DNA of 64,000 nucleotides from Candidatus Fervidifonticultor sextus (GTDB lineage Bacteria; Sysuimicrobiota; Sysuimicrobiia; Sysuimicrobiales; Humicultoraceae), in assembly GCA_031459875.1 (NCBI GenBank), contig JAVKHQ010000004.1:66609-130608 (forward strand), written 5' to 3'. Positions within the stretch are counted from its first letter, which is position 1; each line of letters starts with the position of its first letter. Below the pieces are notes generated by a model, which did no database searches, had not been told where the DNA came from, and saw only the letters and a program-made list of their open reading frames with translations. This document shows, one piece after another, positions 30,308 to 41,165 of the stretch. The position numbers and the translations under genes are program-made.

Positions 30308-30832
30308 CTAGCGGACCACCGGCGGGCGCGACGCCACAGCGCGCGGCATGAAGACGCCGATGATGCGTACGGTGATCCCCCGATCTCCCGGACCCACCTC
30401 GACGCTGAGGCCGCGGCCGTCCCACCGCAGCTCGATGCCCTGCCCGCTGGTGTAGAGCCCGAACGTCCGCAGGAAGTCCAGCAGCGGCTGGCCGACGGCA
30501 TGGCCGCCCGTGTCGGTGATGAACCGGGTGTCGTCGGTGATGATGAAGGCCACCGTGCCGGCACCCTCCAGGCCGAGGCGCTGGACGCGGTCGAAGGCGC
30601 AGATCCCGACGCCGCGCTCCGGGTTGCACATCCCGTGGAGCGCGGGGGTGTCCACGGACTCGACCGGGCCGTACTGCTCCATAAGCGTCTTCGCGCGCTC
30701 CAGCGGCATCCCGATCTCAAACGGCCCGATGGCCCTGCCGGGGACGATCATCGTCGACGACTGGGCCGCGACGGAGGATCCGAGGGCGGCGACGAGCGCC
30801 AGGGCCACCGTGACGGTCGCATGATGATGCAT
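30308..30832 (-). CDS. Hypothetical secreted protein
   Basis: Signal peptide ending VAA-Q; IVPGRAIGPFEIGM; one Cys pair; SD AAGGAG. Confidence 0.8.
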   Translation of the reverse strand: MHHHATVTVALALVAALGSSVAAQSSTMIVPGRAIGPFEIGMPLERAKTLMEQYGPVESVDTPALHGMCNPERGVGICAFDRVQRLGLEGAGTVAFIITDDTRFITDTGGHAVGQPLLDFLRTFGLYTSGQGIELRWDGRGLSVEVGPGDRGITVRIIGVFMPRAVASRPPVVR

Positions 30833-30871
30833 GGCCTTCGCTCCTTCCCCGAGGCGCGCCCCTGGCCCCTC

Positions 30872-31540
30872 TCACCCCTGGGACGGCCGTGCCGCCTCGT
30901 CTGACGGTCTGCCCACGAGCGTGCGAAACTCCTCGTACTCCTTGGCCAGCATGTCGGCGGTGCGTTGGGCGAAGGCGTCGGTCCTGCCCACCATGTTGCA
31001 CGTGCGGAGCATGTTGACCGTGAGTTCGAGGATCGAGTTGGCGGGTCCTTCGATGACCACCTGCTCCCCGTTGTACTTGTCGATCAGCACCTTTACCAGC
31101 AGGCGCTCGTTGAGCAGGTCGTAGCGGATTTCCCGCGTGATCAGGCTCCAGTCATCGGGCAGTTCGTTCCACCGGGTGTAGGCCTGCGCCAGTTCCGCCC
31201 CGTACATCCCCAGGATGGCCCGCAGGAAGGCCGCCACGCGGGGCGAGGCCGTGGCCTCCACCTGGGCGATGCGGTTGACCTGGTCGGTCCGCGTCACCCA
31301 CGCCACGAGGTAGGCGGGATCCTGACCGAGGTAGCTGGACAGGGCGGTGTGGACTTCGCCCAGGGTCTTCACGCCGACCCCCGTCCCCAGGCGCCTGCCG
31401 ATGACCGCCAGGACCTCCGAGTCCGCCTGCGGCCGGGCCTGCAGGAACGCATCGAGCACCCCGGCGGCCTCCGCGATCAGCGGTCCCGGATCCGACACCT
31501 GCCCGGCCAAGAGGGATGACCAGTCGGCCATGTCCTTCAC
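30872..31540 (-). CDS. Hypothetical protein (helical N-domain plus short beta/alpha C-domain)
   Basis: 222-aa ORF coupled by a GTGA overlap to the upstream gene; alternative ATG at 31531. Confidence 0.85.
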   Translation of the reverse strand: MKDMADWSSLLAGQVSDPGPLIAEAAGVLDAFLQARPQADSEVLAVIGRRLGTGVGVKTLGEVHTALSSYLGQDPAYLVAWVTRTDQVNRIAQVEATASPRVAAFLRAILGMYGAELAQAYTRWNELPDDWSLITREIRYDLLNERLLVKVLIDKYNGEQVVIEGPANSILELTVNMLRTCNMVGRTDAFAQRTADMLAKEYEEFRTLVGRPSDEAARPSQG

Positions 31541-32628
31541 GCTCCCTTCCCCGCGGTCCTCTCGGTCCGCGCCGACACCTGAGGCCAGATCTTGGCGGGG
31601 ACATCTCCGGCGCGTTCGGTGAACCGCTGCCGGGCGTGCCGCGCCTTCTCGATCTGCCCAAAGATCTGGTTGATCACATCCCGCAGCTCTCCCAGGGTCT
31701 TGTCGGCCTTGGGGGGACAGAGCGTCCCTATCTCGTCGAGCGCATTGCGGATGTCGGCCAGGTGCCGGGCCAGCGCCTCGGCCATCTCGTCGGGTGCGCC
31801 TTTCGGGGGGCCGCTCATGGCCGCGCGCACGACGCTCCGCGCGTCCCTGACCGCGCTGTCCAGGCTCCCCACCGGTTCCCGGAAGTCGTCCTCATCGCCC
31901 TTGAACGCCGGGCCGAGCCCCGTCACCATCCCCCGCATCTCGTTGACGAATCTCCGCACACGCTCCCAGTCGGTGGGCCTCAGCCCCCTGGCCCGGGCTT
32001 CTTCGAATGCCGTGCGGGCCTCGTCACACCGGGCCGACAACGCCTGGCAACTGATGTAGCCCTGGATGTAGTCCCCCAGCCGCTCCTGATGGGCCTGGAG
32101 CTGGCCCAGGAGCAGCGGGCTGACCGCCACCACGGCGGGTTCCTCCAGTTCCGCCTCGACGGCTTCCCGTCCGGTCTGGGCCCTCGGGGCCCACGCCGCG
32201 TCGGGGGCATCCCGCTCCTCCCTGCGGCTCTCGGAGTGCACGTCGGCCGCGCGCGCCGCCTGCACGTCCTGGAGGATCCTGTCCAACGCCTCGGCCTCCG
32301 GCCTGCCGTCGAAGTCGCGGCGGAGCCGCTCCAGGGCGGGGGTGAGTTCCACGGCGCAGTACGTGGCCACGGCCTCGATGGTCTCGTAGTGGACATTATA
32401 CTGATCCGCCAGGGTGGGGTTGGCTCCGGTCCGGTCGCGGGACTTGAGTGCGTCGAGGGCCGTCAGCGCAGTCCTGAGGGCCGTCAGTTTCCCGTGGACG
32501 GTCTCCTGCACCTCGGTCACCCTCTCGGTCAGCGGCGGCTGGTCCGGCGCCAGCCTCTGCAGGGCCTGGGCGATCCTGGTCAGCAGGGCCCGATTCTGCC
32601 TAGCCTCCGCAAGATAGTCTGACGCCAT
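31537..32628 (-). CDS. Hypothetical all-helical protein
   Basis: 363-aa ORF with heptad-like amphipathic helices. The N-terminal ~105 aa are similar to the upstream gene product. Confidence 0.85.
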   Translation of the reverse strand: MASDYLAEARQNRALLTRIAQALQRLAPDQPPLTERVTEVQETVHGKLTALRTALTALDALKSRDRTGANPTLADQYNVHYETIEAVATYCAVELTPALERLRRDFDGRPEAEALDRILQDVQAARAADVHSESRREERDAPDAAWAPRAQTGREAVEAELEEPAVVAVSPLLLGQLQAHQERLGDYIQGYISCQALSARCDEARTAFEEARARGLRPTDWERVRRFVNEMRGMVTGLGPAFKGDEDDFREPVGSLDSAVRDARSVVRAAMSGPPKGAPDEMAEALARHLADIRNALDEIGTLCPPKADKTLGELRDVINQIFGQIEKARHARQRFTERAGDVPAKIWPQVSARTERTAGKGA

Positions 32629-32650
32629 CTCGGCCTGCCTCTGTCCCGCG

Positions 32651-33184
32651 CTACGGTACCGGGATCCCGATCAGGAGTCCCAGGGCCTTCACCAGCGCAT
32701 AGGCCCTGGTCGCGACCTGCACGGCCTTCGCCCCCTGCTCCACCAGATGCTCTGCGGTCTCTACCACCCGTTGGACGGTCCACCGATCGCCCGAGGGTGG
32801 CGGAGGCAGCGCGCTCGTGTCCAGCGTGGCGGGGGGATGGGTCCTGGCCTGTTCGACTACCTGACTCGTCAGCCGATCCAGCGCGGGAACGATCTCGGTC
32901 TCGAAGACGACCTTCGACGCTTCGATGTTTCCGATCAGGACATACCGCCTGGTGGCCAGGGTGGGGTCGGTTTTGAAGACATCGGCCCGGTCGACCTCCG
33001 CCAGGTTCTCCAGGTTCGTCCGAAACCGCTCGAGCACATCAGCCACCCTGGCGCGCAGGTCACTGACGTCAGACGCGTACACTCTATTGAGTCTGTCGCT
33101 GGCCAGGAGCGTGTCCAGTTGTACCAGGGTCTTGAGGATCTGATCCGCTTCCTTCCGCGAGGCCTGCTGGTAATCCTGGGGCAT
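32651..33184 (-). CDS. Hypothetical helical protein with hydrophobic C-terminal tail
   Basis: MPQDYQQ... start after GGGAGG; ends ALVKALGLLIGIPVP. Confidence 0.85.
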   Translation of the reverse strand: MPQDYQQASRKEADQILKTLVQLDTLLASDRLNRVYASDVSDLRARVADVLERFRTNLENLAEVDRADVFKTDPTLATRRYVLIGNIEASKVVFETEIVPALDRLTSQVVEQARTHPPATLDTSALPPPPSGDRWTVQRVVETAEHLVEQGAKAVQVATRAYALVKALGLLIGIPVP

Positions 33185-33290
33185 GGCGCACCCTCCCGGG
33201 AGGTCTCCATCGGTGAACTCACTCTCGCACTGGCAGCCACGCGGAATGCAGGCCCAGGCGCGCGGGGTGCGAAAAGCCTGCAGATCAGAC

Positions 33291-33369
33291 TGGCGGGAGC
33301 GACGGGATTTGAACCCGCGATCTCCTGCGTGACAGGCAGGTGTGTTGAACCAGGCTACACCACGCCCCC
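33291..33369 (-). tRNA. tRNA-Asp (GTC)
   Basis: Acceptor GGGGGCG/CGCTCCC; anticodon arm CCTGC-CTGTCAC-GCAGG; GGTTCAAATCC; GCCA end. -10 TACAAT upstream. Confidence 0.97.
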
Positions 33370-33474
33370 GCGAGGGCGACTCCCGCCAGCAGTCATTGTA
33401 CCGCCCGCGACCTACCGGGGCAATGACCGGCGCAGGCCCACGTCCGCCGGCGGGCCGAGGCGGCGACGGGGGCC

Positions 33475-34350
33475 TCATGGTTCCACGCTGACCGTGACGG
33501 TTGCGGTCTTCCCGCTGTAGGCCGGGCTCTCGATGTGGATCTCCAGCGTGTCGGCCTGCAGCAGCCGGATCATCCCCTCGGGGGTCACCTCGTAGGAGGC
33601 GCCCCCGGCGGCCACGACGATCCGGGACGGCTGGCCGCGGTCGCCGCGACGCAGGAAGAGGTGCTGTCCGACCCGGGCGCGGAACGCCCGCCCCCCGACC
33701 ACCCACGGTCCGCGGACGCCATCGACGAAGTACTCGATGGTCACCGTCCCGGCCGGCAGCGGCGGCGTGTACTGGCTGGCGAGGTCCTCGGCCTGCCACC
33801 CCGCCTGGCTCCAGCGGTAGATGCGGTCGATGTCGCTGCGGGTCTCCAGCAGGCCCTCAGGGATGAAGCGGATCCGACCGGCCGGCAGGCCGTGGTTCTC
33901 GGCGGTGACCTGGACCTGGCGGCGGCGCTGCTGGACCACGATGTAGCCGAGGAATCCGGCGCTGCCCCCGCGCGTGGCGAACACGGCCGCCACCGGCGCG
34001 TCATCGGACGGCCGCCCGGTCTGGATTGGCTCCCAGGTCTCGCCGGCGAGCCGGCGCTGGAACAGCCGCTCCAGGCGGCTGCCCGGACCGACCCCGAAGA
34101 CGAAGGCGGTCGGGGCCCGATCGCGTCCCGTCTGCGCCGCCGAGGCGGGCACGGTCGCGGCGACCAGGACCTCGTCGCGGCCGTCCCCGGTCAGGTCCGC
34201 ATAGGCGATCTCGTTGATCGCCGTCCCTGGCGGCAGCAGGGGGAGGACCTGGGCGGCCGTGGGCATCTCGCCGCGCTCCTGAGGCCGGCAGCCAGCGAGC
34301 CCCACGGCGGCCACCGCGCAGCAGCAGACCAGGACGACCCGGGTGGACAC
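33475..34350 (-). CDS. Hypothetical lipoprotein
   Basis: Lipobox LAGC; DLTGDGRDE FG-GAP-like motif; SD AAGGAG before GTG. Confidence 0.82.
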   Translation of the reverse strand: MSTRVVLVCCCAVAAVGLAGCRPQERGEMPTAAQVLPLLPPGTAINEIAYADLTGDGRDEVLVAATVPASAAQTGRDRAPTAFVFGVGPGSRLERLFQRRLAGETWEPIQTGRPSDDAPVAAVFATRGGSAGFLGYIVVQQRRRQVQVTAENHGLPAGRIRFIPEGLLETRSDIDRIYRWSQAGWQAEDLASQYTPPLPAGTVTIEYFVDGVRGPWVVGGRAFRARVGQHLFLRRGDRGQPSRIVVAAGGASYEVTPEGMIRLLQADTLEIHIESPAYSGKTATVTVSVEP

Positions 34351-34430
34351 CGCTCCTTCTCAGGCGTCTGCCGTAATGCCTATTCGGAGGGGTCCTGCCC
34401 CGCGCCTGCAGGGGCTAGACCGGTGCGGGC

Positions 34431-35501
34431 TCAGGAGAGGAGGGCGGCGACGCGGTCACCGAAGGCGGCGGTCGACAGCGCCGGCCGGCCCGCGGCGATG
34501 TCGGCGGTGCGCGCCCCCGATGCCACGGCGGCATCCACGGCCCCTTCGACCGCGGCGGCCTCGTCAGCCAGGCCCAGGGCGTACCGCAGCAGCAGCGCCG
34601 CGCTCAGGATGGCGCCGATGGGGTTGGCCAGCCCCTTGCCGGCGATGTCCGGGGCGGTGCCGTGCACGGGCTCGTACAGCGAGGGACCGTCGGCGCCCAG
34701 GCTGGCCGAGGGCAGGAACCCCAGCGATCCGACCAATCCGGCGGCCTCGTCGCTGAGGATGTCCCCGAACATGTTCTCGGTCACGATGACGTCGAAGGTG
34801 GCCGGGCGACGCACCAGATGCATCGCGGCAGCGTCCACCAGCATGTGGTCCAGCGTGACGTCGGGGAACTCCCGCGCCACCTCCCCGGCGACCTCGCGCC
34901 ACAACTGCGACGAGTGCAGGACGTTGGCCTTGTCGACGGAGGTCAGGTGCCTTCGGCGGCGCTGGGCGGCGCGGAAGGCTGTGCGCACGACGCGGGCGAT
35001 CTCGTCTTCGGCGTAGGCGAGGGTGTCGATCGCCGCGCGCCGGCCGTCGCGCACGGCCCGACCTCGCGGCTCGCCGAAGTACAGCCCGCCGGTGAGTTCC
35101 CGGACGATCAGGAGGTCGGTCCCCGCCAGCACCTCGGTGCGCAACGGCGCCGCATCGAGCAGCGCCGGGTACGCGCGGACCGGACGCAGGTTGGCGAAGA
35201 GCCGCAGCGCCCGACGCAGGGTCAGCAGCCCGGCTTCCGGCCGGCGGTCCGGCGGCAGGCCATCCCACTCCGGGCCGCCGACGGCGCCGAGCAGCACGGC
35301 GTCGGCCCGTCGGCAGGCCTCCAGCGTGGCGTCCGGCAGCGGGGGCCATCCGGCGCGGATCGCCGCGCCGCCAAAGGGCGCTTCCTCAAAGGTCAACGTG
35401 TGGCCGCGCAGGCGCGCGACCGCGCGCAGGACCTTAACGGCCTCTGCCGTGACCTCCGGCCCGATGCCGTCGCCCGGCAGGAGGACGATCCGGGCCTTCA
35501 T
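34431..35501 (-). CDS. leuB: 3-isopropylmalate dehydrogenase
   Basis: [54 protein letters not shown]. Confidence 0.97.
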   Translation of the reverse strand: MKARIVLLPGDGIGPEVTAEAVKVLRAVARLRGHTLTFEEAPFGGAAIRAGWPPLPDATLEACRRADAVLLGAVGGPEWDGLPPDRRPEAGLLTLRRALRLFANLRPVRAYPALLDAAPLRTEVLAGTDLLIVRELTGGLYFGEPRGRAVRDGRRAAIDTLAYAEDEIARVVRTAFRAAQRRRRHLTSVDKANVLHSSQLWREVAGEVAREFPDVTLDHMLVDAAAMHLVRRPATFDVIVTENMFGDILSDEAAGLVGSLGFLPSASLGADGPSLYEPVHGTAPDIAGKGLANPIGAILSAALLLRYALGLADEAAAVEGAVDAAVASGARTADIAAGRPALSTAAFGDRVAALLS

Positions 35502-35544
35502 CCTGCAGGGCCGGCGAGTCGTCCCGCCCGACCCACGCGGCCGG

Positions 35545-35703
35545 TCAGTAGGCTTCCTGGATCTGCCGGCAGACCCAGACCGCGGCGTCCTGCTCGTCGC
35601 CGGCACCATGGCTCGCGCGCGCCAGCTCCAGGGTCAGGGCGGCCCAGTCTACATCACCGTCCCATCCGCAGAAGACCGTCCGCCAGATCTTTCCCCACTC
35701 CAT
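35545..35703 (-). CDS. Small 52-aa Trp-rich protein inside the leu operon
   Basis: Manual translation [54 protein letters not shown]3-rich codons; fills the cimA-leuB gap. Confidence 0.6.
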   Translation of the reverse strand: MEWGKIWRTVFCGWDGDVDWAALTLELARASHGAGDEQDAAVWVCRQIQEAY

Positions 35704-35721
35704 CGCCTGCCCCCGTTCCTC

Positions 35722-37296
35722 CTAGCTCGCCGGCTGCGGCGCCGCCACCAGCGACGCGTACTCCAGGCTGTCGGCCAGTGCCCGCGCGCTGGCCAGCACC
35801 ACGTTTTCCGAGACGCCCACCGTGCCCCAGTGCCGCTGGCCGTCGGTCGAGGTGATCAGCACGCGCACCCGTGCCGCCGTCGCGGCCTCGGCGTTCAACA
35901 CCCGCACCTTGTAGTCCACCAACCGCACCCGGGCCAACTCGGGGTGGAAGCGCTCCAGCGCCGCCCGCAGCGCCCTGTCCAGGGCGTGGACCGGGCCGTT
36001 GCCCTCGGCGGACGCGCCGGCCTCCTGGCCCCGGACCGACACGCGGACGATGGCCCGCGCGGTGCACTGCCCGTCGTGCTGGTCGACGGCGACGTGGAAG
36101 GCCTTGATCTCGAACCCGGGCACGTAGCCCAGGGCCGCCCGCCGGAGCAGCAGTTCGAAGGAGGCCTCGGCGCCCTCGAACTGGTACCCCTCAAACTCCA
36201 GGCGCTTCAGGTCGTCGAGCACCGCCTGGACCTCGGGCCGCGAGCGGTCGAGGTGCAGGCCCATCTCTGTAGCCTTGTAGAGCACGGTGGCCCGCCCCGA
36301 GAGGTCGCTGACCACCACGCGCCGGGCGTTGCCGATCACCTCCGGCGGGACGTGCTCGTACATGACCGGATCGGCCATCACCGCACTGACGTGCACGCCG
36401 CCCTTGTGGGCGAAGGCGTTGGCCCCGACGTAGGGCTGATAGTCATCGGGGGCCATGTTGGCCAGCTCGGCGACCAGCCGGCTCAACCCGGTCAGGTGCA
36501 CCAGGGCGTCGGGGTGGAGGGCGTCCAGGCCCAACTTGAGCCGGAGCCCCGGGACGACCGAGCACAGGTTGGCATTGCCGCACCGCTCGCCGTAGCCGTT
36601 GATGGTGCCCTGGACGTGGACGCACCCGGCCTCCACGGCGGCGAGGGTGTTGGCGACGGCCAGCTCCGCATCGTTGTGCGTGTGGATGCCGATGGGTCCA
36701 CCCACTTCGCGGGCGACCACCGCCACCCCGTCGCGGACCTGTGCGGGGAGGCTGCCGCCATTGGTGTCGCAGAGGACCAGGCAGTCCGCCCCGGCCTCCC
36801 GGGCCGCCCGCAGGGTCGCCAGCGCGTAGTCGCGGTTCGCCCGCAGGCCGTCGAAGAAGTGCTCGGCGTCGTAGATGACCTCGCGGCCGGCCGCGCGCAA
36901 GAACGCCACCGACTCCCGGATCATCGCCAGGTTCTCCTCCAGCGTCGTGCGCAGGGCCTGCCGGACGTGCAGGTCCCAGGACTTGCCGAAGATGGTCACG
37001 GTGGGTGTGTTGGCGTCGACCAGCAGCCGGAGGTTCGCATCCTCCTCCGCGCGCACGCCAGCCCGCCGGGTGCTGCCGAAGGCGGCGATCCGCGCGTGGC
37101 GCCACGGGACATCCCGCGCCTGCTCGAAGAAGGCCAGGTCCTTGGGGTTGCTGCCCGGCCAGCCTCCCTCGATGTAGTCGAAGCCCAACTCGTCCAGCCG
37201 ACGGGCGATCCGCACCTTGTCCTCGGCGGAGAAGGCCACGCCCGCGGCCTGCGTGCCGTCGCGCAACGTCGTGTCGTAAACGGCGATGCGTCTCAT
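35722..37296 (-). CDS. cimA: Citramalate synthase
   Basis: YDTTLRDGTQ, EGGWPGSNPKD, FGKSWDLHV, YDAEHFFDG, HKGGVHVSAV, EGAEASFELL. Confidence 0.94.
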   Translation of the reverse strand: MRRIAVYDTTLRDGTQAAGVAFSAEDKVRIARRLDELGFDYIEGGWPGSNPKDLAFFEQARDVPWRHARIAAFGSTRRAGVRAEEDANLRLLVDANTPTVTIFGKSWDLHVRQALRTTLEENLAMIRESVAFLRAAGREVIYDAEHFFDGLRANRDYALATLRAAREAGADCLVLCDTNGGSLPAQVRDGVAVVAREVGGPIGIHTHNDAELAVANTLAAVEAGCVHVQGTINGYGERCGNANLCSVVPGLRLKLGLDALHPDALVHLTGLSRLVAELANMAPDDYQPYVGANAFAHKGGVHVSAVMADPVMYEHVPPEVIGNARRVVVSDLSGRATVLYKATEMGLHLDRSRPEVQAVLDDLKRLEFEGYQFEGAEASFELLLRRAALGYVPGFEIKAFHVAVDQHDGQCTARAIVRVSVRGQEAGASAEGNGPVHALDRALRAALERFHPELARVRLVDYKVRVLNAEAATAARVRVLITSTDGQRHWGTVGVSENVVLASARALADSLEYASLVAAPQPAS

Positions 37297-37802
37297 CGCC
37301 GGGCCGTCCCGCCGGCCACCTTCTGGCGCGTGTAGGCGATGATGCCGCCGGCGGCGACCAGCCGGCGCATGAAGTCCGGCAGGGGCGCCGCGGCATGCAC
37401 GGTCCCCCGGGTCTCGTTGATGATGCGGCCGGCCTCCTGGTCCACGGCGATCTGATCGCCGCTCTCGGTGACGGCGTGGAGGTCTGCGCACTCAAAGAGG
37501 GGCAGCCCGATGTTGAAGGCGTTGCGGTAGAAGATGCGGGCGTAGGACTTCGCGACGATGCAGGCAACCCCCAGGCCCTTGATGGCGATCGGCGCGTGCT
37601 CGCGTGAGGAGCCCTGGCCGAAGTTCTCGCCGGCCACCAGGATGTCGCCGGGCCGGATCCTGGCGGCCAGGGAGGGGTCCAGGTCCTCGAAGCAGTGCGG
37701 CGCCAGGGCCGCGGCATCGGCGGTGACGAGATAGCGCGCCGGGATGATGACATCCGTGTCCACGTGATCGCCCAGCTTCCAGGCGGTCCCCCGGAAGATC
37801 AT
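37293..37802 (-). CDS. leuD: Isopropylmalate isomerase small subunit (type 2)
   Basis: [35 protein letters not shown]. Confidence 0.96.
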   Translation of the reverse strand: MIFRGTAWKLGDHVDTDVIIPARYLVTADAAALAPHCFEDLDPSLAARIRPGDILVAGENFGQGSSREHAPIAIKGLGVACIVAKSYARIFYRNAFNIGLPLFECADLHAVTESGDQIAVDQEAGRIINETRGTVHAAAPLPDFMRRLVAAGGIIAYTRQKVAGGTARR

Positions 37803-39078
37803 GCCCCCACCTCCAGCGCCGTCTTCCCCAGGACCTCGTCGGGGTGCGCGAGCCGGCCGAGCACCGCGCTGGCGGCGGCCACAGCCGGACCGGCCAGGTA
37901 GACCTGGCTCTCCCGGTGCCCCATCCGGCCCACGAAGTTGCGCGACGACGTGCTGACGCAGACCTCTCCCGCTGCCAGGACGCCCATGTGTCCGCCGATG
38001 CAGGGTCCGCAGGTGGAGGTGCTGACCGCGGCGCCGGCGTCGATGAAGATCTCGATCAATCCCTCGGCCAGGGCCTGGCGGTAGATCGCCGGGGTCGCCG
38101 GGATCACCAGCAGCCGCGTGCGGGGGTGGACCCTGCGGCCGGCCAGCAGCCGCGCCGCCACCCGCAGGTCCTCCAGCCGGCCGTTGGTGCACGTACCGAT
38201 AAAGCACTGGTCCACCAAGACGCCGGCCGCTTCGCGCACCGGCACCACGTTGCCGGGCGACGACGGCGCCGACACCACCGGCTCCAGCCGGCTCGTGTCG
38301 TACTCAAAGACCTTCGTGTACTCGGCGTCGCGGTCGGCATAGACCGGGACGAAGGGCCGCTTCGCGCGGGGCGCCACCCACTCCAGGACCACCTCGTCGG
38401 GCTCCATGATGCCGTTCTTGCCGCCGGCCTCCACCGCCATGTTGGTGATGCTGAAGCGTTCGTCCATCGTCAGGTGCCGCAGGGCCTCGCCGGCGAACTC
38501 CATGGCGCAGTAGCGGGCGCCGTCCACGCCGATGTCGCCGATGACCCGCAGGACCAAGTCCTTGCCGGTGACCCAGGGCGCCGGGCGTCCGTGGAAAACA
38601 AAGCGCAGCGTCTCCGGCACCCGGAACCACAGTTCGCCGGTCGCCATGACCGCCGCCAGGTCCGAGGAGCCGACCCCGGTGGCAAAGGCGCCGAGCGCGC
38701 CGTGGTTGCACGTGTGGGAGTCGGCCCCCACAAAGACCTCGCCGGGCAGGACCAGCCCCTCCTCGGCCAGCAGGACGTGGGCGATCCCCGCGCGGCCGAT
38801 CTCGTAGTAGTGGGGGATCTCGTGGCGGCGGGCGAACTCCCGCATGACCTTGCACTGCTCGGCCGAGGCGATGTCCTTGTTGGGCGCGTAGTGGTCGGGC
38901 ACCAGGGCCACGCGGTCGCGGTCGAAGACGGTCGGCACCCCGATCTTCTCGAACTCGCGGAAGGCCAGCGGCGCAGTGATGTCGTTGGCGAAGCAGAAGT
39001 CCACGCGGGCCTCGATGAGATCGCCCGGCCGCACGCGGGGTGCGCCCGCGTGCGCGGCCAGGATCTTCTCGGTCAGCG

Positions 39079-39082
<4 letters not shown>
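37799..39082 (-). CDS. leuC: Isopropylmalate isomerase large subunit (type 2)
   Basis: [39 protein letters not shown]. Confidence 0.96.
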
Positions 39083-40620
<1,538 letters not shown>

Positions 40621-40635
40621 CGGGTGCCTCCGACC

Positions 40636-41133
40636 TCAGGTGTTCTGGGCTCCGCGCACCAGCGTCACCTGCCCGGTGCGGGCCATCTCGCGGATCCCGT
40701 GCTTGGCGAGCAGGGAGACGATCGCGTCGATCTTGTCGGTGCGGCCGGTGACCTCCAGGGTGATGGTACGGTCGGTGAGGTCCACAACGCTGGCGCGGAA
40801 GACGCTGGCGATTTCCATGATCTCCATGCGCGTCCCGGGATTCACGTTGACCTTGATGAGGGCCAGCTCGCGGTCCACGGTGGGCGTGCCGTCCACGGCG
40901 GTGGCCCGCAGCACCTCCACCAGCTTGCGCAGTTGCTTGGCGAAGGACTCCGTCCGGTCCGGCGGCGTGTCCACCACGATGGTCATGCGCGAGATGCTGG
41001 GATCCTCGGTGGGCCCCACCGACAGGCTGTGGATGTTCACCCCGCGGCGCCGGATGAGCCCGGCCACCCGGACCAGGACCCCCGGCTGGTTGCGGACCAG
41101 GACCGAAATGGTCGCGGTGTGCGGCTCGCTCAT
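40636..41133 (-). CDS. ilvN: Acetolactate synthase small subunit
   Basis: ACT domain NQPGVLVRVAGLIRRRGVNIHSL, SRMTIVV, RELALIKV, EMARTG. Confidence 0.95.
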   Translation of the reverse strand: MSEPHTATISVLVRNQPGVLVRVAGLIRRRGVNIHSLSVGPTEDPSISRMTIVVDTPPDRTESFAKQLRKLVEVLRATAVDGTPTVDRELALIKVNVNPGTRMEIMEIASVFRASVVDLTDRTITLEVTGRTDKIDAIVSLLAKHGIREMARTGQVTLVRGAQNT

Positions 41134-41165
41134 CTCGTCGACTCCCTCCGCCTGGGCCACCGGCC

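Noticed and set aside
30300..33369. Intact integrative element at tRNA-Asp
   Set aside because: No integrase, and I found no direct repeat of the tRNA 3' end by eye.
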